This document shows positions 57,898-64,000 of a stretch of 64,000 bases of DNA, in pieces (the first letter of the stretch is position 1; each line of letters begins with the position of its first letter). The stretch covers positions 30,876-94,875 of the forward strand of contig CAXTVM010000002.1 of the NCBI GenBank assembly GCA_964247725.1, given 5' to 3'. The translations under genes and the position numbers were made by a program. A model generated the notes under the pieces. It was given only the letters and a program-made list of their open reading frames with translations. It was not told where the DNA came from and did no database searches. Source of the stretch: an uncultured Acetobacteraceae bacterium (lineage in GTDB: Bacteria; Pseudomonadota; Alphaproteobacteria; Acetobacterales; Acetobacteraceae).

Positions 57898-58923
57898 ATG
57901 AGCGATCTCCAGGACGACATCACGGCGCGGCAGGACAGGCGCCGCGACGACGGCGCCGGCGGGCGGGAGCCGGCCCGTTCGGCCATGCCGGTCCTGGAAC
58001 GCTGGCTGACCGGACCGCGCGTGGCGGGGCTGCCCGAGGTGAGCGCCGACCGCGCGCCGCCGGTGCTGTCGTTCGAGTTCTTCCCGCCGCGGACCGAGGC
58101 GCTGGAGCAGCAGCTCTGGGCCTGCATCCGCCGGCTGGAGACGCTGCGGCCGAGCTTCGTCTCGGTCACCTACGGCGCCGGCGGCTCGACCCAGGCGCGG
58201 ACTCACGACACGGTGACGCGACTGGTGCGCGAGACCGCTCTGGTGCCGGCGGCGCACCTGACCTGCGTCGGCGCCAGCCGCGGCGCCGTCGACGACGTCG
58301 CCCGGCGTTACTGGGACGAGGGGGTGCGGCACATCGTGGCGCTGCGCGGCGACCCCGCGGTCAAGGGCGAGCGGTTCGAGGCGCATGCGGACGGCTACGC
58401 CAGCGCCGCCGAGCTGGTGGCCGGGCTCCAGCGCATCGCCCCGTTCGAGATCTCGGTCGCGGCCTATCCGGAGGTGCATCCGGAGGCGGCGGACGCGCAG
58501 GCCGATCTCGACAACCTCAAGCGCAAGCTCGACGCCGGCGCCACGCGGGCGATCACACAGCTGTTCTTCGACGCCGGGACCTTCCTGCGCTTCATCGACC
58601 GCTGCCTGGCTGCAGGTATCACCGCGCCGGTGGTGCCCGGGATCATGCCGGTCTCGAACTTCGGCGCCGCACGGCGCTTTGCGGAGGCCTGCGGCACGCA
58701 GATGCCGGACTGGCTGGTGCGCATGTTCGCCGGCACCGAGACCGATCCGCAGACCCGGCACATGGTCGGCGTGGTGGTTGCGGCCGAGCAGGTCCGGCTG
58801 CTGCAGGCGAACGGCATCGACGAGTTCCACTTCTACACGCTGAACCGGCCTGACCTTACCTACGCGGTCGCCCACATCCTGGGCGTCCGGCCCGACCCGT
58901 CGGTCGAGGCGACGACGGCTTGA
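57898..58923 (+). CDS. metF: 5,10-methylenetetrahydrofolate reductase
   Basis: SFEFFPPRT, VTYGAGGST, AHLTCV, ALRGD, AYPEVHP, ITQLFFD, HFYTLNR. Confidence 0.96.
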   Translation: MSDLQDDITARQDRRRDDGAGGREPARSAMPVLERWLTGPRVAGLPEVSADRAPPVLSFEFFPPRTEALEQQLWACIRRLETLRPSFVSVTYGAGGSTQARTHDTVTRLVRETALVPAAHLTCVGASRGAVDDVARRYWDEGVRHIVALRGDPAVKGERFEAHADGYASAAELVAGLQRIAPFEISVAAYPEVHPEAADAQADLDNLKRKLDAGATRAITQLFFDAGTFLRFIDRCLAAGITAPVVPGIMPVSNFGAARRFAEACGTQMPDWLVRMFAGTETDPQTRHMVGVVVAAEQVRLLQANGIDEFHFYTLNRPDLTYAVAHILGVRPDPSVEATTA

Positions 58924-58935
58924 GCCGGCCTGCGG

Positions 58936-59238
58936 TCAGGCCTGAAGGCTGAGCCGGCTGCCCGGCGCGCTGGCCTGCGACCCGCCGCCGTCGCTGTCGC
59001 CGCCGACGGTGCTGACCGAGACGACGTTGCCGTTGGAGTCGCTGACGGTCGTGGTCACGGAGCCGTCGGCGTTGGTGGTGGCGCTGCTGGTCGTGCTCGA
59101 GGCGGCGGGGCTGCCGCCACCGGACGCACCGCCGCCGGACACGGTTCCCGAAGATGGGGCGGCGGGCCGGGCGCCGCCCGAGACGGAGGCCAGCAGCGAG
59201 GTCGTGGAGCTGGAGGCTAAGCTGATGCTGCCGCTCAT
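58936..59238 (-). CDS. Small Ser/Thr/Gly-rich hypothetical protein
   Basis: MSGSISLASSS...TTNADGSVTTTVSDSNGNVVSVST...GSRLSLQA. Confidence 0.6.
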   Translation of the reverse strand: MSGSISLASSSTTSLLASVSGGARPAAPSSGTVSGGGASGGGSPAASSTTSSATTNADGSVTTTVSDSNGNVVSVSTVGGDSDGGGSQASAPGSRLSLQA

Positions 59239-59286
59239 GGTCTGGTTCCGGTTGTTGAAGATTGCAGTCACCGTGACCGCCAAACC

Positions 59287-59301
59287 CTAACCGCCGGTTA
59301 A
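59287..59301 (-). promoter_or_regulatory. CtrA-box-like site upstream of the small S/T/G-rich gene
   Basis: Minus strand TTAA-CCGGCGG-TTAG, one mismatch to TTAA-N7-TTAA, about 50 nt upstream of the ATG. Confidence 0.4.
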
Positions 59302-59320
59302 GCCCCGACCCGGCCTGCCG

Positions 59321-61993
59321 TCATTCCGTCCGCACCGGCGGCACGTGCCAGGCGAGGTTGTGGATCAGGAGTGCGACCAGCCCGGACCAGCCGGTCTGGT
59401 GCGATGCGCCGACCCCCCTGCCGGTATCGCCGTCATAGTACTCGTAGAACAGCAGCAGGTCGCGGAAGGCGGGGTCCTCCTGCAGCAGCGTCACGTCGCC
59501 ATGCACCGGGCGGCGACCGTCGGCGCCGCGGGTGAACAGCCCGACCAGCCGCCGCGAGATCTGCTCGGCCACCTCGCGCAGCGTCGCCTGGTGGTCCGAG
59601 CCGGTGGGCAAGGCGATCCGATAGCCGTCGCCGTAGTAGCTATGGAGCCGGAGCAGGCTCTCGACCAGCAGGTAGTTGACCGGCATCCAGACCGGCCCGC
59701 GCCAGTTCGAGTTGCCGCCGAACAGCCGCGACGTGCTCTCGGCCGGCTCGTAATCGAGCTCGAAGCCGGCGCCGTTCCAGTCGAAGCGATACGGCGCCGC
59801 CTTGTGCGCGCGCGAGACGGCGCGGATGCCGTTCGGCGACAGGAACTCCTGCTCGTCGAGCATGCGCCGGAGCGTGCAGGTCATGCGGTGGGTGCGCAGC
59901 AGTGACATCAGGACGGTCCCGCCCTGGCCGGTGCGCTCCCAGGACGAGACCAGGTCGGCGAGATCGGGTCGGTGGCGCAGGAACCAGCGCATGCGTCCGG
60001 CGAACGCCGGCAGCCGCTCGATCTCGTCCTGGCGCAGCACGGTCACCGCGTTGAGCGGGATCAGGCCCACCATCGAGCGGGCGCGCAGCGGCACCTTCCG
60101 GCCGTCCGGCAGGACCAGCGCATCGTAGAAGAAGCTGTCCTGGTCGTCCCAGAGCGCCTGTCCGTCGGCGGCGGCGATCAGCAGGAAATGCTCGAAGAAC
60201 TTGGTGGCGACGTCCTCGTAGACCGGGTCCTGCAGGGCGAGCTCGAGCGCGATGTGCAGCATCGCCAGCGCGTACATCGCCATCCAGGCGGTGCCGTCCG
60301 ACTGCGACAGCGTGCCGCCGGTCGGCAGGGCGGCCGAGCGGTTGAAGATCGCGATGTTGTCGAGGCCGAGGAAGCCGCCCTGGAAGATGTTGCGGCCGTG
60401 CTCGTCCTTGCGGTTCACCCACCAGGTGAAGTTCATCGACAGCTTGTTGAACACGCGCTTTAGGAAGGCGTGGTCGGGCCTGCCGCACAGCGCGCGGTCG
60501 GTCTCGAACACGCGCCAGGCGGCCCAGGCGTGCAGGGGCGGGTTGGCGTCGCTGAACGACCACTCGTATGCCGGCAGTGCCGCATTCGGGTGCATGTAGC
60601 CCTCGCGGGTCAGCAGCAACACCTGGTCCTTGGCGAAGTCCGGGTCGACCAGCGCCAGCACCATGCTCTGCAGGGCGAGGTCCCAGGAGGCGAACCAGGG
60701 ATATTCCCACTTGTCCGGCATCGAGATGATGTCGGCGACGCTGAAATGCTCCCAATCGGCGTTGCGGCCGTCGCGGCGCGCGGCGGGCGGCGCTGGCTCG
60801 CCCGGGTCGCCGTCCAGCCAGCGATGCACGTCGTAGCAGTAGAACTGCTTCGACCACAGCATGCCGGCGAAGGCTTGGCGCTGCACCAGCCGGCTGTCGG
60901 CATCGGCGATCGGCCGCTGCAGAACGGCGTAGAACGCGTCGGCCTCGGCCGCGCGGGCGTCGAACACGCCGTCGAAGTCGGCGAACGCGTCGCCGGCATC
61001 GGGCGCCGCGGCTCGGAACCGCAGCCGCATCACGTGCTCGGCCCCGGCGGCGATCTCCACCCGGTGCAGGACCGCGCACTTGGTCCCGATGCGCGCCGGG
61101 TTCACCGCGCCGGCGCGGCCGCCGACGACGTGGTCGTTGATCCCGTCCTTGAAGAACCCACCCTGGGCCTGCCCGCCCAGGCGATCGACGTTGGTGTCGT
61201 TGTCGCAGAACAGCGGCGTGGCCTCGCCCTCGACCGACAGCCGCCACTCTCCCGGGATCAACGGGTGGACCGCCTCGATCTCGTTGTTCGACAGCGCGCG
61301 CAGCACCGGCCGGGGGCTACCCTCCGACCACGACCAGATGTTGCGCGACCAGAGCTGCGGCAGCAGCCAGAGCGTGGCGGCATCAGGACCGCGATTGACC
61401 ACCCGCAGCCGCATCAGGATGTCGTCCGGGGCGGCCTTGGCGTACTCGACGAACACGTCGTGGTAGCGGTTCTCCGCCAGCGCGCCAGTGTCCAACAGCT
61501 CGTATTCCGGCTGGTCCTGGCCGCGACGCGCGTTCTCCCGGACCAGCTCCGAATAGGGATAGGCTCCTTGCGGATACTTGTAGAGCATGCGGGCATAGGA
61601 ATGGGTCGGCGTGCTGTCGAGGTGGTAGTAGAGCTCCTTTACGTCCTCGCCGTGGTTGCCCTCCGCGTTGGCGAGCCCGAACAGCCGCTCCTTCAGGATC
61701 GGATCGCGGCCGTTCCACAACGCCACCCCCAGGCACCAGCGCAGGCGCCGGTCGCCGAAGCCTCCGATGGCGTCCTCGCCCCAGCGGTAGGCGCGGCTGC
61801 GCGCGTGGTCGTGCGGGAACGAGGTCCAGGCCTCGCCGTCGGCGCTGTAATCCTCCCGCACCGTGCCCCACTGGCGATCGCTGAGATACGGCCCCCATTC
61901 CTTCCAGCTGCCGTCCACCCGGTCGGCCAGCAGGCGGCCGCCCTCGAGAGTGTCGAAAATCGCGGGCGCCGCGACGGCGTCCGTGGGACTCAA
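59321..61993 (-). CDS. Glycoside hydrolase family 63 / MGH1-like glucosidase
   Basis: WGPYLSDRQWGTVREDYS, MPDKWEYPWFASWD, FYEYYDGDTGRGVGASHQTGW; TTG start overlapping the amidase TGA. Confidence 0.88.
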   Translation of the reverse strand: MSPTDAVAAPAIFDTLEGGRLLADRVDGSWKEWGPYLSDRQWGTVREDYSADGEAWTSFPHDHARSRAYRWGEDAIGGFGDRRLRWCLGVALWNGRDPILKERLFGLANAEGNHGEDVKELYYHLDSTPTHSYARMLYKYPQGAYPYSELVRENARRGQDQPEYELLDTGALAENRYHDVFVEYAKAAPDDILMRLRVVNRGPDAATLWLLPQLWSRNIWSWSEGSPRPVLRALSNNEIEAVHPLIPGEWRLSVEGEATPLFCDNDTNVDRLGGQAQGGFFKDGINDHVVGGRAGAVNPARIGTKCAVLHRVEIAAGAEHVMRLRFRAAAPDAGDAFADFDGVFDARAAEADAFYAVLQRPIADADSRLVQRQAFAGMLWSKQFYCYDVHRWLDGDPGEPAPPAARRDGRNADWEHFSVADIISMPDKWEYPWFASWDLALQSMVLALVDPDFAKDQVLLLTREGYMHPNAALPAYEWSFSDANPPLHAWAAWRVFETDRALCGRPDHAFLKRVFNKLSMNFTWWVNRKDEHGRNIFQGGFLGLDNIAIFNRSAALPTGGTLSQSDGTAWMAMYALAMLHIALELALQDPVYEDVATKFFEHFLLIAAADGQALWDDQDSFFYDALVLPDGRKVPLRARSMVGLIPLNAVTVLRQDEIERLPAFAGRMRWFLRHRPDLADLVSSWERTGQGGTVLMSLLRTHRMTCTLRRMLDEQEFLSPNGIRAVSRAHKAAPYRFDWNGAGFELDYEPAESTSRLFGGNSNWRGPVWMPVNYLLVESLLRLHSYYGDGYRIALPTGSDHQATLREVAEQISRRLVGLFTRGADGRRPVHGDVTLLQEDPAFRDLLLFYEYYDGDTGRGVGASHQTGWSGLVALLIHNLAWHVPPVRTE

Positions 61994-62715
61994 CGGACGA
62001 GGCCCGCAACCGCCTCGATGCGGCGGCGGGTGCCGGCATCGGCCTGCCCGTTCACCGTCTCCGGACGCCAGTGCCGCTGGAACGCGGTCAGCACCACCGC
62101 CAGCGGCGTGTCCAGGGCACCCGCCTTGGCGACGTCGTAGCCGATCCGCCGCAGCTGCGCGCGCAAAACCGCCATTGTCCCGGCATCCGAGCAAGGGTCG
62201 CCGGTGCCGGCGTCCGGGACGTCGCCCGGATAGGCGCCGATGCCGGCGGCGGCGAGCCGGGCCCAGGGAAACAGCTCGCCCGGGTCCTGCTTGCGGTCCG
62301 GGGCCACGTCGCTGTGCGCGACCACGCGCAGCGGCGGGATCGGATGGCGCGACAGCACCGCACGGCAGAGGTCCTGGACGGCGTCGAGCTGAGCTTCGGG
62401 GAACGGGCGGTAACCCCATTCATGGCCGGGGTTCACGATCTCGATGCCTATCGAGCTGTCGTTCAGCATCGAGCGGCCCTGCCAAAACGAGATGCCGGCA
62501 TGGGCGGCGCGCAGCGCCTCCGGCACCAGCCGGAACACCCGCCCGTCCTCCTCGACCACGTAATGCGCGGACACCTGCGCCTGGCTGTCGCGCAGGCGAT
62601 CGAGCGCCGCCCGGCCCGACTGCATGCCGGTGTAGTGCAGCACCAGCGTGTCGACCACCGCGCCTGCGTCTCTCGCGCGGCAGTTCGGGCTGGGCAGATC
62701 GATGACATCTTCCAT
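61990..62715 (-). CDS. N-acetylmuramoyl-L-alanine amidase (Amidase_2, AmpD/AmiD-like) with PG-binding tail
   Basis: LVLHYTGM, VSAHYVV, AAHAG, SIGIEIVNPG, AHSDVAPDRKQDPG, AFQRHW. Confidence 0.93.
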   Translation of the reverse strand: MEDVIDLPSPNCRARDAGAVVDTLVLHYTGMQSGRAALDRLRDSQAQVSAHYVVEEDGRVFRLVPEALRAAHAGISFWQGRSMLNDSSIGIEIVNPGHEWGYRPFPEAQLDAVQDLCRAVLSRHPIPPLRVVAHSDVAPDRKQDPGELFPWARLAAAGIGAYPGDVPDAGTGDPCSDAGTMAVLRAQLRRIGYDVAKAGALDTPLAVVLTAFQRHWRPETVNGQADAGTRRRIEAVAGLVR

Positions 62716-62718
62716 GCG

Positions 62719-63561
62719 TCAGAGCCCCCGGTCGCGCTTGATGCGGTCCCAGGCCGCGTTGACGCGCGCCACCCGGTCCGAGGCGCCGTGGATGTCGGCC
62801 GGCTTGGCGCCGCGCGCCGCCAGCGAGTCCGGATGGATCTCGCGCATCAGCCGGCGCCATGTGGACCGCACCTCCTCGTCGCTGGCGTTGCGTGCGACGC
62901 CCAGTACGGCATAGGCGTCCGGCTCGTTCGCCGCCGGGCGCGCGGCATTGGTCTCGGCGCGGTCCCAGGCGCCATGGCCCAGCCCGAACGCGTGGTGGAC
63001 GCGGCCGAGGAAATCGAGCTCGGCGCGGTTGGGCTGGCCGTCGGCGCGGGCGATCTGGAACAGCGCGGCCAGCACCTCCTCCAGCACCGTGGGCTGGTCG
63101 GCGAAGGTGCGGCCCAGCTCCTCGGCGAACGGCATGTAGTCGTCGGTGCGGGTGCGGGCCTGGTCGAACAGCCGGCCGACCTCGCTGGTCGACTCGAGCG
63201 GAATGCGGAAGCTGCGCTTGAAGCTGTCGATCTCGCGCCGGTTCACCGGCGCGTCGCACTTCGCGAGCTTGGCCGACAGCACTACGACCACGATTGCGAA
63301 CAGCTGGTCGCGCTTGCCGGTCACCGCAGCGACCTTGGCGGCCACCCGCAGCGCCGCGTTGTTCGGGTCGGGCGTCAGCCGGTCGCGCGGCTCGGCACCG
63401 AGGAAACCGGTGCCGCCCCATGACCCCCAGCCTCCGGCCGGCGGGTCCAGCAGGGCGCCGCGATCCGCGGCATGGCCGAGCGCCGTGCCGAGCACGGCGC
63501 CGAGCGGGCCGCCCATCGCGAACCCCGTCACGCCCCCGAACAGCTTGCCCCAAATGGCCAT
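62719..63561 (-). CDS. djlA: DjlA-like TerB + J-domain co-chaperone
   Basis: N-terminal GFAMGGPLGAVLG membrane anchor, LSAKLAKCDAPV (TerB-like), AYAVLGV...HPD J domain. Confidence 0.88.
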   Translation of the reverse strand: MAIWGKLFGGVTGFAMGGPLGAVLGTALGHAADRGALLDPPAGGWGSWGGTGFLGAEPRDRLTPDPNNAALRVAAKVAAVTGKRDQLFAIVVVVLSAKLAKCDAPVNRREIDSFKRSFRIPLESTSEVGRLFDQARTRTDDYMPFAEELGRTFADQPTVLEEVLAALFQIARADGQPNRAELDFLGRVHHAFGLGHGAWDRAETNAARPAANEPDAYAVLGVARNASDEEVRSTWRRLMREIHPDSLAARGAKPADIHGASDRVARVNAAWDRIKRDRGL

Positions 63562-63623
63562 GTCCTTCCCGTATCACACCCGGGTCAGATACGCAGGGCT
63601 TGGGTCATCGTTCGTGGGCGAGG

Positions 63624-63772
63624 AAGGCCAGGGCTCCGCCGTGGACCCGCCAAGGGCCGGTGGCCCTTGGATCCCGACTCAGAAAAAAGAGGGTGTTGTG
63701 GCTCCACACTTGTCGAAGGGATTTCAGAGGCTCCGCCTTTGATGGGGTTCAAGGGGCAAAGCCCCTTGCTTT
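63624..63772. repeat. Palindromic miniature repeat, copy G (diverged)
   Basis: AAGGCCAGGGCTCCGCCGTGGACCC-CCAAGGGCC/GGCCCTTGG...GGGGTTCAAGGGGCAAAGCCCCTTG. Confidence 0.8.
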
Positions 63773-63780
63773 CCTTGCAC

Positions 63781-63963
63781 CTAGCGGCGGCCGGGACGAT
63801 CGTTGCACACGGTGTGCGCGAGGCGCAGCAGCCGGGTGGCGCTGGCGGGCAGGCCGGCGCGGTGCGCTTCCTCGGCGAGCGAGAGCAGCTGGTGCGACAG
63901 CATCAGCGGGCTGACGACGGTGCCCTGGCGGTCGGCGAAGGCGGTGGGGCTGGTGATGTGCAT
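63781..63963 (-). CDS. Small hypothetical protein (60 aa)
   Basis: SD-like AGGAAG upstream; amphipathic helical LSHQLLSLAEEAHRAG...LLRLAHTV. Confidence 0.55.
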   Translation of the reverse strand: MHITSPTAFADRQGTVVSPLMLSHQLLSLAEEAHRAGLPASATRLLRLAHTVCNDRPGRR

Positions 63964-64000
63964 CGGAGTTCTTCCTGTCTGGTGGCGCCGTCCTGGTGCC

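Overview
High-GC bacterial chromosomal window, inferred to be Acetobacteraceae-like Alphaproteobacteria from gene content, a Hint-domain protein and an alpha-type LexA box. The backbone is housekeeping: tyrS, two cysteine desulfurases-fdx-mnmA, cvpA-purF-SDR, metH, metF, ppa, tRNA-Ile2(CAT), ettA, mlaA/mlaC, amidase and djlA. Accessory loci: (i) a DSF-type quorum-sensing locus (rpfF convergent with rpfC) whose partner regulator has a PAS-GGDEF-EAL output instead of the HD-GYP of RpfG; (ii) an 11.4 kb co-oriented cluster with a type I secretion ABC/MFP pair, a Sel1-repeat protein, a TPR-GT2-GT4 fusion, a ChW-like Trp-repeat protein and a GT4, with no obvious substrate inside it but a signal-peptide-less Hint-domain protein about 4 kb upstream; (iii) a ~5 kb lower-GC two-component islet bounded by a 40-bp imperfect direct repeat; (iv) seven copies of a palindromic miniature repeat with co-varying hairpins, two of which invade coding sequence; (v) a patch with three frameshifts at 25.4-26.5 kb. 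No CRISPR array, integrase or transposase was recognised. All functional calls come from motif recognition by eye; no searches were run.
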